The translations under genes were made by a program, and so were the position numbers. The notes beneath the pieces are model-generated. The model searched no databases. It worked only from the letters and a program-made list of their open reading frames with translations, and was not told where the DNA came from. Shown here piece by piece: positions 16,080-22,997 of a stretch of DNA of 27,611 bases (its first letter is position 1; the number at the start of each line of letters is the position of its first letter). The stretch comes from a virus (Duplodnaviria; Caudoviricetes), in IMG/VR virus record IMGVR_UViG_3300027586_000039, positions 1 to 27,611 of that record; one strand, given 5' to 3'.

Positions 16080-16290
16080 CAACCTGAGTAGGTTGATAAA
16101 CTGCTCACACAACTAAATAAGGTTAGGGCAAGGGGTTCAGAGCCTCTCCTAATTCGCCAGGCTGATTAGGGCGATCACAGAAATACTATAGAGCGTCTAC
16201 CCCCTAGACTGGATGGGGGACCAGTTCACACCAACTGTCAAATGAGGTGTAACTACCTGAGTAAGTATCAAAACTGCTCCCCGCAAGGGC
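16080..16290 (+). ncRNA. Structured non-coding segment containing PK copies 3 (16080-16107) and 4 (16254-16279)
   Basis: Consecutive hairpins and pseudoknots; no plausible sense ORF. Confidence 0.6.
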
Positions 16291-16291
16291 C

Positions 16292-16321
16292 TTGACAAAT
16301 GTCAGTGCCTAGTAGTACAAT
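16292..16321 (+). promoter_or_regulatory. Dual SigA / PafBC-type promoter
   Basis: TTGACA-N18-TACAAT containing TGTCAG-N10-TACAAT. Confidence 0.75.
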
Positions 16322-16355
16322 TGAACTAACCAACAAACAGAAAGAGGCACCCCTC

Positions 16356-16775
16356 GTGGAACAAGATAAAATAACAGTAGTAAATGCAACAGAAGACTTT
16401 CTTCGTGACTCACTAGCCAAAGCAACATTGCGTGTTGCAGAACTAGAGGAGCACATCTCTCGTGTAACTCAGCGCTCATATGGTGAGGCTGCAGAGCGTA
16501 ATCGTATGCGTAATGAAATGCAAGAGTGGACATTGGAAGCACTTGATTGCGGGACCCTGAACGAATCAGAAGCACAAGAAATTGCAGACATCTGTGGTTT
16601 TGAACTAACAAAAGAGTTTGAACTAGATGTCACAGTTATGTATTCAATTACAGTGAATGCACGGAATGAAGAGGACGCACACTCTGCAGTTAGCGATATT
16701 GATTTTGATTCAGTGTCATATAATGATGACGCAATCAAATATTTATCTTCAAGTGTGGATTCAATCGATTCATAA
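16356..16775 (+). CDS. Hypothetical acidic protein
   Basis: GAGG SD before GTG 16356; C-terminal V.V.A.NEE.A pattern. Confidence 0.8.
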   Translation: MEQDKITVVNATEDFLRDSLAKATLRVAELEEHISRVTQRSYGEAAERNRMRNEMQEWTLEALDCGTLNESEAQEIADICGFELTKEFELDVTVMYSITVNARNEEDAHSAVSDIDFDSVSYNDDAIKYLSSSVDSIDS

Positions 16776-16792
16776 ATTTCCTGTGAGGGGAA

Positions 16793-16821
16793 TACATCCT
16801 AAGCACGATGTAAAACTGCTT
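16793..16821 (+). ncRNA. PK copy 5 (compensatory variant)
   Basis: UACAUC/GAUGUA; loop CUAAGCAC; UGCUU pairs with AAGCA. Confidence 0.7.
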
Positions 16822-16842
16822 TAACTTTTCCCTCAAAATTTT

Positions 16843-16968
16843 GACGTCCCGCTGACCAGTCATTGTCAAGTCGACACGCCGTTTACGATAGGTGATCTTC
16901 ACCACAATGTCCGATTTATCCATATCTAACTATCCCGATTTGCATATGTCAGTCAGTCCTGCTATACT
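16843..16968 (+). promoter_or_regulatory. Regulatory cassette
   Basis: GACGTC 16843; CGACACGCCG 16872; degenerate CRP box 16891; ATGTCCGATTT 16907; TGTCAG-N10-TATACT 16947-16968. Confidence 0.75.
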
Positions 16969-17000
16969 TGAAATATCAACACAACAGAAAGAAGGAAATC

Positions 17001-18014
17001 GTGGCTCACGAACTAGAAACACAAAACGGCGTTGCATCTTTTGCATCATTCCGTGAACCTGCTTGGCACGGATTGGGAACAGTCTTTACCGAGGAAAAAA
17101 CAACAGCAGAAATGCTATCATTAGCAAATCTTGATGGGTGGAATGTTCGCCTAGAGGATTTGGAAACACCTACACATCTCACAAGCGACAAGAATTACCA
17201 ATATGTCTTGCGTACAAATCCTACCGATACAACTCAGACCGACATTCTTGGTGTCGTTGGTGAGCGTTATCACCCAATGCAGAATGAAGATTTATTTTCA
17301 TTTGGCGATAACATTCTAGATGGTGGTGGTCGTTGGGAGACTGCTGGTTCAATCAAGGGTGGTCGTGTCGTGTTCGGTGCACTAGCACTAGAGCGTGAAA
17401 CAATTCTTGACCCTACTGGTGTTGCAGACAAGGTAAAAACTTATTTGCTCATCAACACATCACACGATGGTTCTATTGCAATTCAAGCAAGCATCACACC
17501 CGTTCGTGTTGTGTGCGCTAACACTCTCAATCTTGCACTCAATACAACACGCAAAAAGGGTGGCGTAAAGCAATCATTCAAGATTCGCCACACACAAACT
17601 GCAAGCGGTAAGGTTGCCGTTGCTCGTGAGACTCTTGGTATGGCTCATAAGTATATGGATTCTTTTGATGTTATGGCTAACGCTATGATTCAACAAGAAG
17701 TTTCTGCTAAGATGTTCAACGACATTATTCTTGCTGCATATCCAAAGCCTGAAAAGGATACTAAGGGTGCGCTAAAGAAATGGGAAAACAAAGTAGATGT
17801 CATCAACGATATTTACACAGGCGAGTTCAATGGTATGATTGCTGGTAATGCGTGGGGTGCGTTCAATGCGCTAACCGAACGCCTTGACTGGTATCGTTCT
17901 GCTCGTGGTGGTTCTAACGAATCCATTCTCGCAAGCGCAAGCGGTTTTGACCCTGCTATCACCGCAGAAAAAAATCGCTTACTAAAAATTGTGCGTGAAC
18001 TAACTAACGCATAA
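17001..18014 (+). CDS. DUF932 / phage-plasmid-like protein (TIGR03299-like)
   Basis: MAHELE...PAWHGLG...LGVVG.RY..QN...ETAGS..GG..VF...SHDGS...TPVRVVCANTL...IRHT...WGAFNA.TE..D; GTG start after AAGGA. Confidence 0.9.
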   Translation: MAHELETQNGVASFASFREPAWHGLGTVFTEEKTTAEMLSLANLDGWNVRLEDLETPTHLTSDKNYQYVLRTNPTDTTQTDILGVVGERYHPMQNEDLFSFGDNILDGGGRWETAGSIKGGRVVFGALALERETILDPTGVADKVKTYLLINTSHDGSIAIQASITPVRVVCANTLNLALNTTRKKGGVKQSFKIRHTQTASGKVAVARETLGMAHKYMDSFDVMANAMIQQEVSAKMFNDIILAAYPKPEKDTKGALKKWENKVDVINDIYTGEFNGMIAGNAWGAFNALTERLDWYRSARGGSNESILASASGFDPAITAEKNRLLKIVRELTNA

Positions 18015-18032
18015 TAAAAAAACTAAATAAAG

Positions 18033-18059
18033 ATTCCTGAGCAAGAATAAAAACTGCTC
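18033..18059 (+). ncRNA. PK copy 6
   Basis: AUUC/GAAU; loop CUGAGCAA; UGCUC; ends 4 nt before tRNA-Asp. Confidence 0.7.
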
Positions 18060-18063
18060 GCAA

Positions 18064-18137
18064 GGTTCCATAGATCAATTGGTTAGATCGCTACCCTGTC
18101 ACGGTAGAGGCTACGGGTTCAAGTCCCGTTGGAATCG
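18064..18137 (+). tRNA. trnD: tRNA-Asp(GTC)
   Basis: Acceptor GGTTCCA/TGGAATC, anticodon arm CTACC-CTGTCAC-GGTAG, GTTCAAGT T-loop; no encoded CCA. Confidence 0.95.
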
Positions 18138-18175
18138 CAATAAATAAAAATGCAATGCAATGCATAAAAATTTCG

Positions 18176-18314
18176 GACGTCGGCTGTGACCTGCATCACA
18201 TAACATTTTTGATAAAATAACTTTACGATAGGGTGATATTTTTCCCAGAATTTCTTTACGATAGGCAAAAATTTTTCCCCAAACCTTGCATTTGTCAGTC
18301 CCCTAGGCTATAAT
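18176..18314 (+). promoter_or_regulatory. Regulatory cassette
   Basis: GACGTC 18176; CRP box 18185; two TTACGA-N12-TTTCCC; TTGCAT plus TGTCAG-N10-TATAAT 18293-18314. Confidence 0.75.
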
Positions 18315-18320
18315 TAAAAT

Positions 18321-18539
18321 ATGACAAAACAAGTGGCAATATATGAAATGAACTACTCCTGCTCTCCTGGTGGCGTTGACTGCTGGGAAGCAACTATTCA
18401 AGGTTATGGTACTAGTACTACTGGCTCTGACTTTAAGACTGCTGGAGAGGCTCTTAATTGGGTGCTTGACAGATACCCTGACGAAATGCTAGAATTAGTA
18501 GTAACATCACTCCCAGCCTACGAAAAGGAATATGTATGA
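18321..18539 (+). CDS. Hypothetical protein
   Basis: Leaderless, 6 nt after TATAAT. Confidence 0.75.
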   Translation: MTKQVAIYEMNYSCSPGGVDCWEATIQGYGTSTTGSDFKTAGEALNWVLDRYPDEMLELVVTSLPAYEKEYV

Positions 18540-18769
18540 CAACCCAAATAATATCAGACCCAATGCTACAAGACTACTACTCTTGCGACCTTGCTATCTC
18601 TATTACAAATATCAAGGCTAAGAATAGACACCACGCAGAAGCCGTTATGCAAACCTTCATAGATGAGATTGGTAAGATAATGACTGATGAACTTAGTTGG
18701 GATGACGCCCAATGGGATATAGAGGAAAATGTATTCCTACCTGAACTTGGTGAGTGGCACTCAAAGTGA
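18536..18769 (+). CDS. Hypothetical protein
   Basis: AAGGA SD, ATGA overlap. Confidence 0.75.
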   Translation: MTTQIISDPMLQDYYSCDLAISITNIKAKNRHHAEAVMQTFIDEIGKIMTDELSWDDAQWDIEENVFLPELGEWHSK

Positions 18770-18918
18770 ACACCATTGATGATCTAATCAATGAAATATA
18801 CGAAAGCAATTTCTCTCACCTAGAGTTTGAGGAAAATATGGGGGGAACAGATTGTGACTGCCATATCCACATTACACTAAACACAATGGCTAAGTATGCA
18901 GGGATAGAGGTAGGATAA
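18766..18918 (+). CDS. Hypothetical protein (50 aa)
   Basis: GTGA overlap; CDCHIH motif. Confidence 0.6.
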   Translation: MNTIDDLINEIYESNFSHLEFEENMGGTDCDCHIHITLNTMAKYAGIEVG

Positions 18919-19070
18919 TGTTAGGCTATACTGAAACTGATATCGCAGTAATGACAGATGCTATGGAAGATGCTATCAAATCAGGTAGACTCTCTGATGA
19001 GATCACTGATGGTTTAGAGAAGGCTCAATCATTCCTTGATGGTCTATGGGCAGAAGGGTACTTTGACTAA
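18918..19070 (+). CDS. Hypothetical protein (50 aa)
   Basis: MLGYTE...FLDGLWAEGYFD; GAGGT SD; TAATG coupling. Confidence 0.7.
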   Translation: MLGYTETDIAVMTDAMEDAIKSGRLSDEITDGLEKAQSFLDGLWAEGYFD

Positions 19071-19291
19071 TGTATAACTGGACTAAGTATGACTATCTAT
19101 GTACTGATTGTGATGCCCTTATGGAAATCACTACCCTTGTAAATATCAGAGAGTGGCGAGGCTGGTGCTCTTGTGGATCTCCTAATCTAGTTTGGCTTGG
19201 CTCATATGATGGGAACTCCCCACTACTTGAACCTGTGACGAAGGTCACACCCCCACAACTTGTAAAAATCAACACCAACCCGTATAATTAA
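19070..19291 (+). CDS. Zinc-ribbon protein
   Basis: YDYLCTDC...CSCGS; 3' end carries a CRP box (19234-19249) and the next promoter. Confidence 0.7.
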   Translation: MYNWTKYDYLCTDCDALMEITTLVNIREWRGWCSCGSPNLVWLGSYDGNSPLLEPVTKVTPPQLVKINTNPYN

Positions 19292-19295
19292 TACT

Positions 19296-19451
19296 ATGAA
19301 CCCAAACACACTTATAGAGTATATAAAGATAAACATCATCTCTCTAGAGCAAGACCTAGAAAACGAGGACGGTGCTGATAGCATTGTTCCTTACCTTGAA
19401 GGTGCCATTGATGTATCCCGCCATTATTTGGAGGCAGTCAATGGAGAATAA
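19296..19451 (+). CDS. Hypothetical protein (51 aa)
   Basis: Leaderless after TTGTAA-N17-TATAAT. Confidence 0.65.
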   Translation: MNPNTLIEYIKINIISLEQDLENEDGADSIVPYLEGAIDVSRHYLEAVNGE

Positions 19452-19728
19452 CACAACACTAGACCCATACTTAATGAAACTAGTAGAACTAGGAATGGAC
19501 GGAGCAGATATCTTGCACGGCCACCTTAAAGTTTTAATGGTTGAAGCAGAAGCAATTCTTGACCGTTGCATTGAAGTAGAGGAGTACTCAGAGGACGCAA
19601 TGGACTCTATGGCTCGTACAGAGGCCACAGGCTATTTTGACGCACTGTGTGAAGTCTATGCCCTAACATATGCTATCGCTTTTGCCAAGGAAGATGTTAA
19701 GAACCGTAAGGAGATTCTTGGTGGATAA
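19441..19728 (+). CDS. Hypothetical protein
   Basis: GGAGG SD before ATG 19441. Confidence 0.75.
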   Translation: MENNTTLDPYLMKLVELGMDGADILHGHLKVLMVEAEAILDRCIEVEEYSEDAMDSMARTEATGYFDALCEVYALTYAIAFAKEDVKNRKEILGG

Positions 19729-20155
19729 CTTTATTGAACTTACTTTTGATGAGTGGTGTGAGCAGTACAAACCAATCAAGAATCATATAGATACAAATGC
19801 CTCCTTTGACGGAGAGATGTTTGAGACCTATGGTGATGAGGTTGAGTTTGTTAAGTCTCAGTCCCCCGCCAATATCTGGATGTATGGTGACGGTGACGAT
19901 GGTGCTGGCTATCTATGGAATGGCTGGGGCTTTGTTAATCGAATAGGATACTTTATCACTGAGGTGCCCTGCCCACCTGACACAACCATTCAGGTCTTAG
20001 TCAGCAATAACTGGCATTACTGCAACAACTGCAGCAGTGAAATGGAAGACCCTGATAATCTAATTAGAGATGCCTTTGACGAGGCAGACTTGCCAAAATG
20101 CCCACAATGTGCTACACTTGAAGAAATGACCCTAGTAAGATTGGAAGTAAAATAA
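19721..20155 (+). CDS. Conserved-type phage protein with C-terminal zinc ribbon
   Basis: YKPI.NH...FETYG.E..FV...IW...G...VNRIGYFITE.P; CNNC...CPQC. Confidence 0.8.
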   Translation: MDNFIELTFDEWCEQYKPIKNHIDTNASFDGEMFETYGDEVEFVKSQSPANIWMYGDGDDGAGYLWNGWGFVNRIGYFITEVPCPPDTTIQVLVSNNWHYCNNCSSEMEDPDNLIRDAFDEADLPKCPQCATLEEMTLVRLEVK

Positions 20156-20316
20156 TGGAAAAGCAATACACATACGACCTACAAATTGTATTTGACGGAA
20201 CAGGTGACGCAATGGTAGTCACAGGTTTTAAATCTTACCTTAGAGACCCTGAAGAGGTAAAAATAGAAGTTAAAAGATTGTTAGTAGTACACGCACACTC
20301 AGCGGAGGTTGAGTAA
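20155..20316 (+). CDS. Hypothetical protein (53 aa)
   Basis: TAATG coupling at both ends. Confidence 0.6.
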   Translation: MEKQYTYDLQIVFDGTGDAMVVTGFKSYLRDPEEVKIEVKRLLVVHAHSAEVE

Positions 20317-20474
20317 TGGGAAACTATACAATTGAATTAATCCACGAACCTAGCGGAGCCCATATGAACTTTGTTATGTTTAGTGAAACAGAAAATAATG
20401 AAGTTGAATTAGCCAAAGAAATTTGGTCAGATATGTCAGTTGTAGTATTGGACTATGAAGAGGGAGAAGAGTAA
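20316..20474 (+). CDS. Hypothetical acidic protein (52 aa)
   Basis: GGAGGT SD; TAATG coupling. Confidence 0.65.
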   Translation: MGNYTIELIHEPSGAHMNFVMFSETENNEVELAKEIWSDMSVVVLDYEEGEE

Positions 20475-20830
20475 TGGGAGCACGGATCAACTTTGTCTTT
20501 AAAGACTCTGAGAAGGGCCCTGTAGTAGTACTCTACAGTCATTGGGGCCAAGACGGATGGGAAAGAGATCTTGCAGCAGCGCTGCAGCATTCTAAGCCAA
20601 GGTGGGGAGATTCTTCATATGGCACCCGTATGATGATTAGTTATCTTATTCAGCACAGCATTCTAGATGAGACAGGTTTTGGAATTTATGCAATCGACCA
20701 AGACGGTTACGACCTAGGGGAGCAGACAGTGCTCATCGACTTTACTAACAAAACTATTACTGATAATGTGTCAGTCGGTTGGGACCTATTTGTGGCCGCG
20801 TATAGACCAGTTTTAATGGAGCAGATCTAG
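20474..20830 (+). CDS. Conserved-type phage hypothetical protein
   Basis: MGAR.N...LYSHWG...RW.D..Y..R pattern. Confidence 0.8.
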   Translation: MGARINFVFKDSEKGPVVVLYSHWGQDGWERDLAAALQHSKPRWGDSSYGTRMMISYLIQHSILDETGFGIYAIDQDGYDLGEQTVLIDFTNKTITDNVSVGWDLFVAAYRPVLMEQI

Positions 20831-20928
20831 GGAGTGGGTCCCCTAGACTAATAACGAGTGGGGCGTAGGGTTTTTGCCTACCTTGCGCCCCCTCAACTTT
20901 TTTGGTACAATGGAGTAAGGGAGGGACT

Positions 20929-21168
20929 ATGGCTTATTCAATTAGACGAACGGCAACCCATAATAAAGAAACAAAAGTAGCAGAACAATTAGGCAGACTC
21001 CTTACCCAAGATTTTGCGGTAGATTTAGAAAGAGTAGGATTTTACTTAGTAAGAAACCTACCACTAATAAATTACCACAGATTTGAGGTTTTAGGGTTGA
21101 CAGCAATGGAAGAGTATGATAAACTTATGTTAGAGATGAAAGGACCACAAAATGGATTTCGCAGATAA
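20929..21168 (+). CDS. Hypothetical protein
   Basis: GGAGG SD, TGGTACAAT upstream. Confidence 0.75.
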   Translation: MAYSIRRTATHNKETKVAEQLGRLLTQDFAVDLERVGFYLVRNLPLINYHRFEVLGLTAMEEYDKLMLEMKGPQNGFRR

Positions 21169-21457
21169 AGCAGGCATAATGGCAACGCTATGGCTGGAGT
21201 TCAAAGAGGACGAGGACTTTAGTGCGTTTGTAGATTACAACGACATTGGATTGCCTTTAGCCTATTGCCAAGCAAATGGTTTGGTAAAGGAAACAACTCC
21301 ACTAGGAGAGCAATATATTTTAGAAACAACAAGTATGTTTTTTGATTTGTTGGAGATTACAGAGGCAGAGGTTGATGAGTTAGAGGACCAATCACTAACC
21401 GCAATCCTGTTGTTTGGATACAACAAGAAAAACCCTAAAGAGACGCTTCCAGAGTAA
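21152..21457 (+). CDS. Hypothetical acidic protein
   Basis: F..F..YND.GLPLAY motif; AAGGA SD. Confidence 0.8.
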   Translation: MDFADKAGIMATLWLEFKEDEDFSAFVDYNDIGLPLAYCQANGLVKETTPLGEQYILETTSMFFDLLEITEAEVDELEDQSLTAILLFGYNKKNPKETLPE

Positions 21458-21765
21458 CTATCTTATCCTTGATCCCTGGGCTTGACAAAAGCCTGGGGCT
21501 ATGGGACGTCAGACGTCAAATCATATCAAATCGGACATAACAGACAAACCATGTTTTTTGCAAAAGAAGATTACGAAGGACGAATTCTTTTCCCCATACC
21601 AGGGGTATTACGATGGAGCAATTCTTTTCCCCGTACCAGGCATATTGACAAACCATATTTTCTACAAAATAAGATTACGAAGAGCGATTTCTTTTCCCCG
21701 TACCAAACCTTATACCATACAAACCTTTATATGTCAAACCTTTATATCGGGTGTATAATATATAT

Positions 21766-21972
21766 ATGAGTCCAAGACACTTTGCAGCATATGCTAAAAG
21801 AGATCCTAAAGGATATCAAACCTTTTCTGATTCTATGTGGAACTCCTTTGTATCTATTACTCATACTATAGGTTTGTCTAACTATTTTTCTTTTACCCCC
21901 GACTTTTTGGGCAAGGGCGCGGCGCTTGATCCAACGGCGCCAGAGCGCGGGACACAAGAAGAGACAAACTAA
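21766..21972 (+). CDS. Hypothetical protein (68 aa)
   Basis: Leaderless after TATAAT; lies inside the repeat locus. Confidence 0.5.
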   Translation: MSPRHFAAYAKRDPKGYQTFSDSMWNSFVSITHTIGLSNYFSFTPDFLGKGAALDPTAPERGTQEETN

Positions 21973-22110
21973 TACCCTATATACAATGACAAACCTTGTC
22001 TCCTGGTTTTCTTTATTTTTTAAATAAATAACAAACCTTTATATATTTTTATTACGAAATTCGAATAAATTTCCCTGGTTTTGGGGATTTTTTTTATGCA
22101 TAAAATGGGC

Positions 22111-22139
22111 TTGACAAACCTTGTTTCAAGGTGTATAAT
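22111..22139 (+). promoter_or_regulatory. Consensus SigA promoter
   Basis: TTGACA-N17-TATAAT; a second promoter TTGACA-N17-TATCAT at 22162-22190. Confidence 0.75.
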
Positions 22140-22329
22140 GCCCAAACAATGCATATGAGGTTTGACAAATAGGGTTTGATATGCTATCATATCGGGGCTA
22201 TGAAGGTTTGGGGATATGAGGTTTGGCCCCAGGGATTACGAACGCCTTCTTAAAAGGGCTCCATACTCCACTATCCTCCACAACACTCCACTTCTACCCT
22301 ATCTAATAATATTATCAGTAAGATTAATC

Positions 22330-22382
22330 TGTGGATAAACCTGTGGATAACTAACATTTTCACGGTATTGACATGTGGATAA
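22330..22382. promoter_or_regulatory. Three perfect DnaA boxes
   Basis: TGTGGATAA at 22330, 22342 and 22374; the last lies inside the TTGACA-N17-TATCCT promoter spacer. Confidence 0.8.
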
Positions 22383-22402
22383 CTGTGTGATATCCTGGAT
22401 AT

Positions 22403-22546
22403 ATGAACGAACTATTCTGGTATAGCCGTCAACTAAAAGAAGCCGTATCTACTACTGCTATGGAAAATGGTTGGAACGATGCCAAGTGCAAAGAAGTATT
22501 TGATGAACTTATGGAAAAATATCTAGTATCTAAGGATCTAAAATGA
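22403..22546 (+). CDS. Hypothetical protein (47 aa)
   Basis: Leaderless; manual translation. Confidence 0.6.
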   Translation: MNELFWYSRQLKEAVSTTAMENGWNDAKCKEVFDELMEKYLVSKDLK

Positions 22547-22665
22547 GTGATGCAATGTGTACTAAATATGGATGCGACTATCAATTAGACCTTGATGGTC
22601 AAGTGACCTGTTCTAATTGTGGGGCTATGGATGATGACATGACAAACCCTAATGTGATAGAATAG
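22543..22665 (+). CDS. Small zinc-ribbon-like protein (40 aa)
   Basis: C....C...CSNCG; AAGGA SD, ATGA overlap. Confidence 0.6.
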   Translation: MSDAMCTKYGCDYQLDLDGQVTCSNCGAMDDDMTNPNVIE

Positions 22666-22669
22666 TATA

Positions 22670-22855
22670 ATGGAAATAATTGCACTACTAGTGGTCTGGT
22701 ATGGTTGTAAGGTATATTACACAAAAACCTTTAAACTCTCAATCCCTACTTCAGATCCAAACCTTGTACAGATTCAATGCCATAAGTGTGCTCAAACCGT
22801 AGTAACCCATAGAGACAATCTCCGTGCCCCATTCTACTGTTTGGCATGCAAGTAA
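22670..22855 (+). CDS. Membrane-anchored zinc-ribbon protein
   Basis: Hydrophobic N-terminus; CHKC...CLAC. Confidence 0.65.
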   Translation: MEIIALLVVWYGCKVYYTKTFKLSIPTSDPNLVQIQCHKCAQTVVTHRDNLRAPFYCLACK

Positions 22856-22858
22856 GTC

Positions 22859-22996
22859 ATGGATAAATTAGAGTCCTCTTGGAGTCTGTATGCTAAGAAG
22901 ATTGATTCTTATAGGGTAGCCTGTAGCCAATGTGATCAACTATATGTAAAGGCTAATGATGAGCCTTTTGTATGTCTTACCTGTGCTGCTAAATAA
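22859..22996 (+). CDS. Small zinc-ribbon protein (45 aa)
   Basis: CSQC...CLTC. Confidence 0.6.
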   Translation: MDKLESSWSLYAKKIDSYRVACSQCDQLYVKANDEPFVCLTCAAK

Positions 22997-22997
22997 A

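Larger units (their letters stand above)
21543..22225. repeat. Repeat-rich locus (iteron-like CAAACC/GGTTTG x14; 35-bp repeats x3)
   Basis: Counted directly; see findings. Confidence 0.75.

Noticed and set aside
18033-18063. Theta/HDV-like ribozyme next to tRNA-Asp
   Set aside because: The element is 5' of the tRNA, about 27 nt long and a single pseudoknot; no nested double-pseudoknot HDV fold is visible
10998-19628. Minus-strand ORFs 10998-11321, 14695-15015, 16268-16456, 16309-16611, 16469-16738, 16735-16923, 17006-17191, 19093-19278, 19356-19628
   Set aside because: Antisense to real genes or running across regulatory cassettes; no start signals
21482-21957. ORFs 21482-21769, 21501-21758, 21742-21957
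   Set aside because: Read through DNA repeats in several frames with no SD or leaderless signal; probably incidental
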